NCBI GenBank assembly: GCA_964368755.1
Contig: CAYJCR010000001.1
Coordinates: forward strand, 3,939 to 67,938
Source of the DNA: an uncultured Lachnospiraceae bacterium
GTDB lineage: Bacteria; Bacillota; Clostridia; Christensenellales; UBA1242
Direction of reading: 5' to 3'
DNA: 64,000 nt
Shown in pieces: positions 18,658 to 27,964 of this stretch. A program made the position numbers and the translations under genes. Under the pieces are notes generated by a model. The model did not search any database. It had not been told where the DNA came from and saw only the letters and a list, made by a program, of their open reading frames with translations. Position 1 is the stretch's first letter; every line of letters begins with the position of its first letter.

Positions 18658-19830
18658 ATGTTTTTTGATGTATTATTGAATGTGCTTGCAGTATTCGGTA
18701 TAATTGCACTTGGTGCATTTATCATTGTATTCCTATCAGATCTACTTATCTCTATAGTAGATGGATCTAACGGAATATTCTTTAGAAGATCAAGCAAAAA
18801 GAAGAAAAAAGGTGCTAACAAAGCTAATACTAGCGATAGACCAAAGCTTTTGCCACCAGTATCTGAAGAGCTTGAAGTAGAAGAGGAAGAAGAAAAAGAA
18901 GTTGAAGATAACAACATCGATTTTGAACAGGCTCGCAAAGAGGAAGAAGAACTCAAAAAGCTTGCTCCTAAGCAAGAAGATGATAGAGCTCGTCTTATAA
19001 GAGAAAGACGTAAAGAGTTCGAAAGACAACAAGTAGAAGAAGAGCCTATTGTTCAGACTGTTCAACCTATTAAGACTGTCAACAAAATTGTTGCTACCAA
19101 AGAAGATGAAAAACAAGAGAAACTTGACAAAACATTTGCAGCAGTATCTGCCGAAGCTATCAAAGAGATAGAAAAAGAAGATTCTGCCAAAGCTGAAGTT
19201 GTTCAAGCTAAGATTGTTGCTTCTGAGACTAAGGCTGCAGAAGAGCAAGAGAATGCTAAACTTAGAACTCAATATGAGACAGAGATCAATAAGCTAAGAG
19301 AAGAAGTACATAAGAGCAAAGAGCAAGTTAGCAAACTTCAAGAAGAACTTAAAACTAAACCTGAGGCTACTCAAGTAACAGTAGTATCTGGAAGTAAAGA
19401 AGAGATAGAAGAGCAACTTGTTATCCTAAGACAGAGATTGAAGGAGAACGAGAAAGAGTTCTCTGTTAACAAAAAAGATTATTTGCCACTTCGCAAAGTT
19501 GCAGTTACATTAGATAATGATAAGAAAAAACTTAGACGTAGAGAAGCTATTGTTGCTAAACGTAAAGTTCAATTGTATGGTGTTAACAACTATGTAGATA
19601 TTGACGAAGCCAAAGCAAAAGAGCTTGCCGAAGAGCTTGACTTACTTGAAGGACTTCGTTTGAGTGTTGGACATTGCGAAGAAGTAATGAACAGCAACAA
19701 AGACAGATATCCAATCTTAGAGAGAACTCATAACATTTTGAAGAAAAATGTTGATAGTCTCAAAGCAGATATTGCTACATTAGAAGCAAGACTTGCAGCA
19801 CTAGAAGATAAAGATTCTGATAACGAATAA
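18658..19830 (+). CDS. Membrane-anchored Lys/Glu-rich coiled-coil protein, hypothetical
   Basis: Start moved to the ATG with a GGAGG RBS (18646-18650), because the ORF-track start at 18571 lies inside the tmRNA. An N-terminal TM helix (VLAVFGIIALGAFIIVFL) is followed by ~340 aa of charged heptad-like sequence. Confidence 0.75.
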   Translation: MFFDVLLNVLAVFGIIALGAFIIVFLSDLLISIVDGSNGIFFRRSSKKKKKGANKANTSDRPKLLPPVSEELEVEEEEEKEVEDNNIDFEQARKEEEELKKLAPKQEDDRARLIRERRKEFERQQVEEEPIVQTVQPIKTVNKIVATKEDEKQEKLDKTFAAVSAEAIKEIEKEDSAKAEVVQAKIVASETKAAEEQENAKLRTQYETEINKLREEVHKSKEQVSKLQEELKTKPEATQVTVVSGSKEEIEEQLVILRQRLKENEKEFSVNKKDYLPLRKVAVTLDNDKKKLRRREAIVAKRKVQLYGVNNYVDIDEAKAKELAEELDLLEGLRLSVGHCEEVMNSNKDRYPILERTHNILKKNVDSLKADIATLEARLAALEDKDSDNE

Positions 19831-19841
19831 TATGTAATTTT

Positions 19842-19868
19842 GACCTCACATTGTGAGGTCTTTTTTTT
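19842..19868 (+). terminator. Rho-independent terminator
   Basis: GACCTCA cattg TGAGGTC followed by T8. Confidence 0.8.
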
Positions 19869-19940
19869 GCCCAAATAATCAATTTAATAGTCAAATATGA
19901 ATATATATGATAGAATATCTTTGTTAGGAAGGAAAGAGTA

Positions 19941-20825
19941 ATGGGATTTTGGAATTGGTTAACTAGAAAGAATGCTGTTAAGCCTTTGCCTCACAAACAC
20001 AAAAAAGTCAAGGTCGGACTTGTCTTTGGTGGGGGTGGTGCAAGAGGATTTGCTCATCTTGGAGCTATTAAGGCTTTTGAAGAATATGGGGTTGACTTTG
20101 ATTTTGTTGCAGGCACTAGTGCTGGCAGTCTTGCTGGAGCTTTGTACTGTGCTGGGCTTGACTATGAGCATATATATAATATTGCCAAAGGCTTAAAAGC
20201 CAAAGATATCAGGAATAGCAAGCTATTCTTTATGCCATCTAAGACCGATGGGATTGAGAAGGTGATCAAAGATGCTGTTGGAGATATTTCGATCGGAGAA
20301 TTGAAGAAGCCATTTGCAGCAATTGCTGTTGATCTTAAGACTGCTGATGAGATTATTTTGACAAGAGGGAGTTTGGCCAAAGCAGTTGCAGGGAGTTGTG
20401 CAGTTCCTGGCGTATTCAACCCTGTAGAATTCGAAGATATGCATCTAGCAGATGGAGGATTACAGAACAACATTCCATCAGACATCCCAAGGTTATTTGA
20501 TTGTGACTATGTGGTTGCTGTTGATGTCAACTCGACACGTGGCGAAGGCACGGACTCAATGAAGCTCATTGATGTGTTAGCAGCCTCTATGAGAATATTG
20601 ATGAAGAGTAACTCAGTCAAAGGCTATCTCAATGCAGATATTGTCATTCAACCTTCACTCAAACGTTTTAAGTCTACTAAGATTGATGGCTTTGAGGAAA
20701 TGATAGAAGAAGGTTATAATGCTACAGTTGCAAAGATACCTGAGATTCTTAATATTATTAGCAAAAAACAAAAAGATACATTCAAATCTGAGCAAGCTGC
20801 AAGTTATAAGACAAGAGTTTTTTAA
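19941..20825 (+). CDS. Patatin-like phospholipase family protein
   Basis: GLVFGGGGARG oxyanion motif, GTSAGS nucleophile elbow and a DGG catalytic Asp motif. Confidence 0.9.
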   Translation: MGFWNWLTRKNAVKPLPHKHKKVKVGLVFGGGGARGFAHLGAIKAFEEYGVDFDFVAGTSAGSLAGALYCAGLDYEHIYNIAKGLKAKDIRNSKLFFMPSKTDGIEKVIKDAVGDISIGELKKPFAAIAVDLKTADEIILTRGSLAKAVAGSCAVPGVFNPVEFEDMHLADGGLQNNIPSDIPRLFDCDYVVAVDVNSTRGEGTDSMKLIDVLAASMRILMKSNSVKGYLNADIVIQPSLKRFKSTKIDGFEEMIEEGYNATVAKIPEILNIISKKQKDTFKSEQAASYKTRVF

Positions 20826-20834
20826 GGAGCTTTT

Positions 20835-22031
20835 ATGGCAAGAATTAACAAAAGCAATCTAGACAAAGTCAAGAAAAAGGCGACGCAGACAATAAGAAGA
20901 CGTAAGCTAAGATTTTCTACAACAAGACTTATCGTGTTTGGCATTTGTGCTGTTGTATTAGGGCTTTCGTTCTTGTTCGTCTCTCCGATAGAAAAGTATA
21001 TCAATTTCAGTATCAAACCTATCAATGAAGATGCAATAGTCTCTGATGATGACCTAAAGATTCACTATATTGATGTTGGGCAAGGCGATGCGATATTTAT
21101 CGAACTACCTGATGATAAAAATATGCTTATTGATGCGGGACCTAAGAGTAGCTCTACTAAGCTTATCAATTATATTGACCATATGATATTTGATACAAGT
21201 GTAGATGATATTGATTATTTTGTACTAACACATAGTGATGAAGACCATGTTGGTGGTGCAACCAAAGTACTGGAAAGGTACAATGTGCTATCTATATATA
21301 GACCAAAGCAGTATAGTTCATCCGAACAGATTCCTGATGGTGGATATGTTCATAGAACGAAGACATATGATAGTTTTGTCAAAGCTATGGATAAAGAAAC
21401 TGATGATATTGTCTTCAACGGAGCGACTATTACTATTGATGGCGAAGGCTACAACTTTTATTTCTTTGGCCCAATAGAAGATAGTTATGATACCCCAAAT
21501 GATTTCTCTCCAATTATTGTGTTGACCTATACTACTAATGGTAATACAAAGAAGTTTATGTTCACAGGAGATGCAACGAGCGAGAGTGGCGAGAAAGAAG
21601 TGATAGATACTTACGCTTCGGATATTCTTGATATTGATGTACTCAAAGTCGGACATCATGGAAGTGAAGGATCATCAAGTGCAGATTTTTTAAGTGAAGT
21701 TAAACCTGAGTATGCAGTCATAAGTGTTGGAGAGGGTAATAAATACGGGCATCCAACAAGTGAGGCGCTTACTAGATTGACTGATAGTGGGGCAGAAGTA
21801 TTGAGAACTGACACTAATGGAAGTATAATGTTCTTCGTAACAAGCGCTGGCGAGATGAACTATGTAGTAGATACTTATGTGCCAAACAACTATTATATCA
21901 AGTGGTGGTATGTTGTGAGTGTACTAGGAGTAGTGCTCGTTGCTTGTTGTTTTTACGGCAAGGCAAGTGACCTCAAAGTCAAGAACACAATATCTAGTGG
22001 TTCACAAAAAGCCTCACACAAGCAAAAATAA
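20835..22031 (+). CDS. ComEC/Rec2-type MBL-fold metallo-hydrolase with N- and C-terminal TM helices
   Basis: IHYIDVGQGDAIFIE, LTHSDEDHVGG and LKVGHHGS motifs of the ComEC C-terminal lactamase-like domain. TAAGGAG RBS overlaps the patatin stop. Confidence 0.8.
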   Translation: MARINKSNLDKVKKKATQTIRRRKLRFSTTRLIVFGICAVVLGLSFLFVSPIEKYINFSIKPINEDAIVSDDDLKIHYIDVGQGDAIFIELPDDKNMLIDAGPKSSSTKLINYIDHMIFDTSVDDIDYFVLTHSDEDHVGGATKVLERYNVLSIYRPKQYSSSEQIPDGGYVHRTKTYDSFVKAMDKETDDIVFNGATITIDGEGYNFYFFGPIEDSYDTPNDFSPIIVLTYTTNGNTKKFMFTGDATSESGEKEVIDTYASDILDIDVLKVGHHGSEGSSSADFLSEVKPEYAVISVGEGNKYGHPTSEALTRLTDSGAEVLRTDTNGSIMFFVTSAGEMNYVVDTYVPNNYYIKWWYVVSVLGVVLVACCFYGKASDLKVKNTISSGSQKASHKQK

Positions 22032-22081
22032 TACCAAAATTGCTTTCAAAATCTTTCAAATTATTTCAAAATTATACAAAA

Positions 22082-22120
22082 ATATAGTCCGATTGAATAA
22101 ATCTGGGCTATATATTTTTT
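22082..22120 (+). terminator. Rho-independent terminator
   Basis: ATATAGTCC ... GGGCTATAT 9-bp stem followed by a T-run. Confidence 0.6.
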
Positions 22121-22263
22121 ATGCCAAATCAATATATGCTAGAACTTTTGTGGGGAGTATATGTACAGTTATTTTTGTATAAAAGTTATAAAAATTAAAC
22201 TAGATTATATGGCAACAAAAAGTTTACAAAAAAAATAAGTTTGTGCAAGTATAACAAACTTTT

Positions 22264-22323
22264 ACACAATATGTTGTAGATTAAATATTTTGTTTGACAC
22301 AACATATTGTGTGGTGTTATGAT
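22264..22323 (+). promoter_or_regulatory. Two NrdR-box-like palindromes overlapping the nrdD promoter
   Basis: ACACAATATGTTGTAG (22264-22279) and ACACAACATATTGTGT (22297-22312) resemble the 16-bp NrdR box (acaCwAtATaTwgtgt). Box 2 overlaps TTGACA (22294-22299) - 18 nt - TATGAT (22318-22323). Confidence 0.6.
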
Positions 22324-22350
22324 GGAGATACTTAACTGAGAGGAGGAAAC

Positions 22351-24438
22351 ATGATTAAGAACATACTCAAGAGAGATGGTAGCACGCAACCATTCAACGA
22401 AGACAAAATAACAGAGGCTATATACAAAGCTGCTGTAGCGTGTGGTGGGTCTGATAGGGAGATGGCAAAGAAGCTTTCTCATGAGGCTTGCGATATAATA
22501 GATATCAAGTTTAAGGGCAAGACACCTACTGTAGAGCAGGTACAAGATATAGTAGAGAAGGTTTTGATTGAGAACCGTCACTCTAAGGTTGCCAAAGCCT
22601 ATATTCTATATAGAGAGAAGAGGAGTGCTGCTCGTCAAGAGAACGCTCTAATCGGTGCAACTATTGATATGTTCAATAGCTATCTTAATAACGATGACTG
22701 GAGAATCAAAGAAAATGCCAATATGCAACACTCAGTTGCTGGTCTTAACAACTATGTTAGAGAGGCTTTCACTAAGAACTATTGGCTTAATGAAGTATAT
22801 CCAACAGAAGTAAGAGAAGCTCACAACAGTGGAGCAATACATATCCACGATATGGGATTCTTTGGTCCATACTGTGCAGGTTGGGATGTAAGACAAGTTC
22901 TTACAAATGGATTCCAAGGCCCTCCTGGAAAGCCAAGAAGTGCCGCTCCAAAGCATTTTCGTAGTTTGCTCGGGTTAATTGTCAATAGCACATTTACAAC
23001 CCAAGGAGAGAGCGCTGGTGCCCAAGCATGGAGTAGTTTTGATACTTATTGTGCACCATTCATTAGATATGACAACTTGACATACAAAGAAGTCAAACAG
23101 TCATTGCAATCATTTATATTCAATATGAACGTTGCAACACGTGTTGGATTCCAATGCCCATTTAGTAACATTACTCTTGACATCAAGGTTCCATCTACAC
23201 TCAAAGATCAACCAGTTATTATCGGTGGTAAGCCACAAGATACTACATATGGAGATTATCAGGCTGAGATGGATATCTTCAACAAAGCGTTCTGCGAAGT
23301 TATGGCAGAAGGTGATGCTCAAGGACGTGTATTCACATTCCCAATCCCTACTATCAATATCACTAAGAACTTCGAATGGGATAGCGATGTTGTGGATAGC
23401 ATTATGGAGATGACTTGTAAGTATGGTATTCCATATTTTGCTAACTATATCAACTCAGATTTGTCACCAGAAGATGCTGTATCTATGTGCTGTCGTCTTC
23501 GTCTTGATGTAAGAGAACTTAGAAAGCGTGGTGGTGGACTATTTGGTAGTAACCCACTTACTGGTTCTATTGGTGTTGTTACAATCAACCTTCCTCGTAT
23601 CGGATATTTGTCAGACAATGAAGAAGAATACTTCTCTAGACTAGGTGCTCTATGCGATATCGCAAAGACAAGTCTAGAAATCAAACGTAAAGTTATCGAG
23701 AAACAGACTGAGAATGGTTTGTATCCATATTCTGCTGGATATCTCAAAGATGTTAAAGCAAGGACAGGCTCTTATTGGGCAAATCACTTCAACACTATTG
23801 GTATCAATGGTATGAACGAGAGTTTACTCAACTTTATGGGCAAAGATATCACAACTCCAGAAGGTCAAGCATTCAGTATCAAAGTGATGAACTTCTTGAG
23901 AGCAAAGATGCAAGACTATCAAGCAGAAACTGGCAATATATACAACCTTGAAGCAACTCCAGCAGAGAGTACTGGTACAAGATTTGCAAAAATTGATAAA
24001 AAGAGATTCCCAAATATTATTACTGCTGGCGACAAGTGCCCAATATATACCAACTCCACTCAGATACCTGTTGAGTTCTCCGATGATATTTTTGAAGTTG
24101 TTGGATTACAAGACGAGCTTCAATCTTTGTATACTGGTGGAACAGTTCTTCACTTGTATCTTGGTGAGAAGATTGAGGACAAAGAAATAGCAAAGAGATT
24201 GATCAAGAAGATATTCACTCAATCAAAGATGCCATACATATCTTTGACTCCAACATTCAGTATCTGTCCAGAACACGGATATCTTGCTGGTGAGCAATTC
24301 TCTTGCCCAGAATGTGGTGCAAAGACAGAAGTTTGGAGCCGTATCGTAGGATATTTGAGACAAATAGATGACTTCAATGATAGCAAACACGAAGAGTATT
24401 TGCGCAGAAAGAAATTCGTAATAAGAGATGCAAAATAA
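22351..24438 (+). CDS. nrdD: Anaerobic ribonucleoside-triphosphate reductase
   Basis: N-terminal ATP-cone (IKRDGSTQPFNEDKI), a C-terminal Zn site (CPEHG...CPECG) and the glycyl-radical motif RIVGYLR. Confidence 0.97.
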   Translation: MIKNILKRDGSTQPFNEDKITEAIYKAAVACGGSDREMAKKLSHEACDIIDIKFKGKTPTVEQVQDIVEKVLIENRHSKVAKAYILYREKRSAARQENALIGATIDMFNSYLNNDDWRIKENANMQHSVAGLNNYVREAFTKNYWLNEVYPTEVREAHNSGAIHIHDMGFFGPYCAGWDVRQVLTNGFQGPPGKPRSAAPKHFRSLLGLIVNSTFTTQGESAGAQAWSSFDTYCAPFIRYDNLTYKEVKQSLQSFIFNMNVATRVGFQCPFSNITLDIKVPSTLKDQPVIIGGKPQDTTYGDYQAEMDIFNKAFCEVMAEGDAQGRVFTFPIPTINITKNFEWDSDVVDSIMEMTCKYGIPYFANYINSDLSPEDAVSMCCRLRLDVRELRKRGGGLFGSNPLTGSIGVVTINLPRIGYLSDNEEEYFSRLGALCDIAKTSLEIKRKVIEKQTENGLYPYSAGYLKDVKARTGSYWANHFNTIGINGMNESLLNFMGKDITTPEGQAFSIKVMNFLRAKMQDYQAETGNIYNLEATPAESTGTRFAKIDKKRFPNIITAGDKCPIYTNSTQIPVEFSDDIFEVVGLQDELQSLYTGGTVLHLYLGEKIEDKEIAKRLIKKIFTQSKMPYISLTPTFSICPEHGYLAGEQFSCPECGAKTEVWSRIVGYLRQIDDFNDSKHEEYLRRKKFVIRDAK

Positions 24439-25115
24439 TGAAAATTGGTGGATTTGTAAAGAACTCTTTTCTTGATTATCCAGGGTATATTAGTGCTGTC
24501 ATATTCACTAATGGGTGTAATATGAACTGCTGGTATTGTCACAATCAGAATCTTTTGGTTGGGCACGAAGAAGGCTATGACCTCAAAGATATCTTGAAGT
24601 TTATTGAGGGACGCAAGAAGTTCCTTGATGGAGTAGTTATCTCTGGCGGAGAGCCAACTCTTCAGCCTGATCTTATAGATGTGATGAAACAAATCAAAGC
24701 GCTTGGATTCAGAATCAAACTTGATACCAATGGCACGCACTATGATATATTGAAGAAAGTTATTGATGAGAAGCTAGTTGATTTTGTTGCAATGGATATC
24801 AAAGCACCATTTGCTCAATACGAGAAGATTACTGGCAGAAAGAACGATATGGATTCTATTCGTAAGTGTGTACAGCTCCTTATAGGTGGAGTTGTTGACT
24901 ATGAGTTCAGGACCACATTAGCACCCAACCTTTCGGTTGAAGACATTGTGTTACTTGCCCAAGACATCAAGGGTGCCAAGAGCCTTGCATTACAACATTG
25001 TAGATTGGATAATGACACAGATGTTGTCTATATGCCACTCAAGCCTAGTGCAGTAGAGAGTGCTAGAGAACAAGCAAGTCAATATGTAGATAAGGTGTTT
25101 TTGAGAGGCTTTTGA
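24438..25115 (+). CDS. nrdG: Anaerobic ribonucleotide reductase activating protein (radical SAM)
   Basis: CNMNCWYCHN radical-SAM cluster motif and GGEPTL. Start overlaps the nrdD stop (TAATG). Confidence 0.93.
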   Translation: MKIGGFVKNSFLDYPGYISAVIFTNGCNMNCWYCHNQNLLVGHEEGYDLKDILKFIEGRKKFLDGVVISGGEPTLQPDLIDVMKQIKALGFRIKLDTNGTHYDILKKVIDEKLVDFVAMDIKAPFAQYEKITGRKNDMDSIRKCVQLLIGGVVDYEFRTTLAPNLSVEDIVLLAQDIKGAKSLALQHCRLDNDTDVVYMPLKPSAVESAREQASQYVDKVFLRGF

Positions 25116-25185
25116 TATGCTATATGTCGAAGTTTGATAAGATAACAAAAAAATGCATTATTTTATTTGGTTTTTGATGATAAAA

Positions 25186-25220
25186 ATGTTATTCTATACA
25201 CATAAGAATAGCATTTTTTT
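25186..25220 (+). terminator. Rho-independent terminator after nrdG
   Basis: Imperfect ~10-bp stem (ATGTTATTCT / AGAATAGCAT) followed by T7. Confidence 0.55.
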
Positions 25221-25267
25221 ATTGTACATATTATTGACAAAATAATTAAAGGTTAGGTAGGTCTTTT

Positions 25268-25774
25268 TTGAAAACAAATATAACTATTGTATGTCAATTG
25301 AATAGTTTTAAGAAAAAAGTTGCAAAGACACTTGCTGACAAGCTTGAGCTTTATTATGTCGATGTGTTAGATTTTATGGAGTTTAATCTCATTAATTTGT
25401 CTGAAGTACTATCTACTTGTGGTGTTGAATATCTTAATAAAATAGAACGCAAGACAATCAAAGATGTTGCATCTTTTGAGAATACAGTCATAACTACAGA
25501 ACTAGGACATTTGACAGATAAGGACAATGTAGATGCACTCAAAGCCGATAGTTACTTTGTGTATCTTAGATTTGACAAAGATTTTTATTCCAAACAGATT
25601 ACTAAGTGCCAGAATGTTGAAGAAGTATCTGCTCTCAAAGTTGGAGAGATTGTCTTCGATGAGAACGAGAAGCATCTAGTATCTATAAGCGATATAATAA
25701 TAGACCTTAACACTCTTAATGAGAAAATCGCAGTTAAGAAGATAATCAAAGAATTGAATTGCTATTTCAAATAA
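25268..25774 (+). CDS. Shikimate-kinase-like protein with degenerate P-loop (probable pseudoenzyme)
   Basis: TTG start with an AGGTAGG RBS. Collinear with AroK, but the Walker A GPMGAGKS is replaced by [8 protein letters not shown], DSD by DVL and GGG by ELG. Confidence 0.5.
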   Translation: [168 protein letters not shown]

Positions 25775-25785
25775 TGAGGTGGAAA

Positions 25786-27708
25786 ATGAATATTGATAAC
25801 CTTAGTGTGAACTATCTCCGTGTTACATCTGCACTTATGATTGACAAAGCGAACTCTGGTCATCCAGGTATTAGCCTTGGCGCTGCGCCTATTGTCTATG
25901 CGATGTACAAGAATATGAAATATAACCCAGCGGACCCAAAGTATTATAACAGGGATAGGGTGTGTTTCTCAGCAGGACATGGTTCGGCACTTTTTTATTC
26001 TGCTCTCAACCTATTCGGATTCGATATATCTCAAGAAGATTTACAACATTTCAAAACAATGGGAGCAATCACAACAGGACATCCTGCTCTTGGAACTCCT
26101 GGTATAGATGTATCAACTGGACCTTTGGGTCAAGGCATTGCCAATGCTGTTGGTATGGCAATAGCAGAACGTCATCTTGGAGCCAAGTTTAACAAACTTG
26201 AGAATACTATAATAGACCATCACACATACGCATTGTGTGGAGAAGGTTGCCTAATGGAGGGCGTTGGACAGGAAGCGATAAGCTTAGCTGGCAATCTCAA
26301 ACTCAACAAACTTATATTGTTATACGACTGTAACGAAGTCTCGATAGAAGGTCCAACCTCTATCACTATGACAGAGAATGTTAAGGCTAAATTTGCGAGC
26401 CAGAACTGGAATGTTATTGTTGTGAAGAACGGCAATAGTGTCTCTGCTATAAGCGCAGCGATACGCAAAGCAAAGAAGTCAAAAGATAAGCCAACAGCAA
26501 TAATAGTGAAGACGGTCATTGGATATGGTAGCCCAGTAGCAGGAGATTGTAAGGCACACGGTACTCCTATCGGAAGTGCTGGTATTGCATATCTCAAACA
26601 GTATCTCAAGTACACTTTTGAAGATTATGAGATACCTGCTAAGGTCAAGGCTAACGCAGAGAAGTTGGTTGCATCAAGCTATGCCAAAGTGCAACAGGAT
26701 ACACTACTTCTTGACCAATATAGGACGAACTTCCCAAATGAATACAAAGCTTTTCTGGAGACTTTTGGTACAGAGAATGTTAGACAAACACCTCTCAAAC
26801 TTGATTATACAAGCGATAAGAGCATGAGAGATGCTTGCCACGACGTTATGAATGCAGTCAAAGTAGACAATATTATCGGAGGATGTGCAGATCTTGCATC
26901 TTCAACCAAAGCATATCTAGATGATGGTGGGGACTTCTCATCAACGAATTATGGTGGTAAGAATATCCATTACGGAGTCAGAGAGCATGCTATGGGTGCT
27001 ATTATGAATGGTATAGTTCTTCACGGAGGACTTAGGAGTTATGCTTCTACATTCTTCTCTTTTAGTAACTATATGATACCTAGTATCCGTATGGCAGCGC
27101 TTATGAGTATACCTACGATATATATGTTCTCTCATGATAGTATAGCAGTTGGACAAGATGGTGCTACTCATCAACCAGTAGAGCAGATCACTCAACTTAG
27201 ATGTATACCTAACTTAGACACATGGCGACCTGCCAATATGATGGAAATGTTGGGTAGTTATTACGCAGCACTCAATAACGATAGACCAACAGCGATTGTT
27301 ACTTGCAAACAGAAGGTCTCTCCACTTGAGAACAAACTTCCTGATGTGCTCAAAGGTGGATATATTCTTGGCGAAGGTAAGGGCAACATTACAATCATTG
27401 CTACTGGCAGTGAGGTAGAGATAGCTATGGAAGTCAAGGCTATTTTGAAGAAAAAGAACATCGACATATCCGTTGTCAGTATGCCATCGTTAAGCGTATT
27501 CCTAAGACAACCAGAAGCATATATAAGCAGTGTATTGCCTAAGGCAAATAAGTTATATGTCATTGAAGCAAGCAACGATAGTATATGGTATAAGTTGAAT
27601 CCTACAAAGGTATTCGGAGTAGATGGATTCGGACATACTGGACACAAAGATGAGTTGTATGCAGAGTATGGGCTTGTAGCAAGTGCTATAGCAAAGGAAT
27701 TAAAATAA
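25786..27708 (+). CDS. tkt: Transketolase
   Basis: SGHPG, GEGCLMEGV and GQDGATHQPVEQ motifs. Start at MNIDNLSVNYLR with a GAGGTGG RBS. Confidence 0.95.
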   Translation: MNIDNLSVNYLRVTSALMIDKANSGHPGISLGAAPIVYAMYKNMKYNPADPKYYNRDRVCFSAGHGSALFYSALNLFGFDISQEDLQHFKTMGAITTGHPALGTPGIDVSTGPLGQGIANAVGMAIAERHLGAKFNKLENTIIDHHTYALCGEGCLMEGVGQEAISLAGNLKLNKLILLYDCNEVSIEGPTSITMTENVKAKFASQNWNVIVVKNGNSVSAISAAIRKAKKSKDKPTAIIVKTVIGYGSPVAGDCKAHGTPIGSAGIAYLKQYLKYTFEDYEIPAKVKANAEKLVASSYAKVQQDTLLLDQYRTNFPNEYKAFLETFGTENVRQTPLKLDYTSDKSMRDACHDVMNAVKVDNIIGGCADLASSTKAYLDDGGDFSSTNYGGKNIHYGVREHAMGAIMNGIVLHGGLRSYASTFFSFSNYMIPSIRMAALMSIPTIYMFSHDSIAVGQDGATHQPVEQITQLRCIPNLDTWRPANMMEMLGSYYAALNNDRPTAIVTCKQKVSPLENKLPDVLKGGYILGEGKGNITIIATGSEVEIAMEVKAILKKKNIDISVVSMPSLSVFLRQPEAYISSVLPKANKLYVIEASNDSIWYKLNPTKVFGVDGFGHTGHKDELYAEYGLVASAIAKELK

Positions 27709-27716
27709 CATAATAA

Positions 27717-27755
27717 ATACCTTCTAGAAAAAATAAAATAGAAGGTATTTTTTTT
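27717..27755 (+). terminator. Rho-independent terminator after tkt
   Basis: ATACCTTCTA ... TAGAAGGTAT 10-bp stem followed by T7. Confidence 0.8.
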
Positions 27756-27924
27756 ATGTATAATATAGAATTGTCTTCACATACTATTGATGTAAAGCAC
27801 AGAAATAATGTGTTTTACCTCAAGTCAAGAAATAGTCAGTATCAATAAATTAAATCAGTTAAGTTTGATTTACAAATTGATCACATCAGGACTATTTCTT
27901 TTCTTATTTGTGGGCAAAAGTAAT

Positions 27925-27953
27925 AAAAAATGACCTTTTATGGTCATTTTTTT
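27925..27953. terminator. Bidirectional hairpin terminator downstream of PFOR
   Basis: AATGACC ttttat GGTCATT flanked by A6 and T7. Confidence 0.65.
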
Positions 27954-27964
27954 GATAATAATAA

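Noticed and set aside
19941-22031. Patatin-like lipase plus MBL hydrolase as a CBASS-like or other anti-phage effector module.
   Set aside because: No cyclase, sensor, NTPase or other defence-associated partner is present. Patatin (YlbK-type) and ComEC-type MBL proteins are common housekeeping genes in Bacillota.
18599-22350. Possible genomic island integrated at the tmRNA 3' end.
   Set aside because: There is no integrase or recombinase, no repeat of the tmRNA 3' end that I could find, no phage or mobility genes, and the gene content looks chromosomal.
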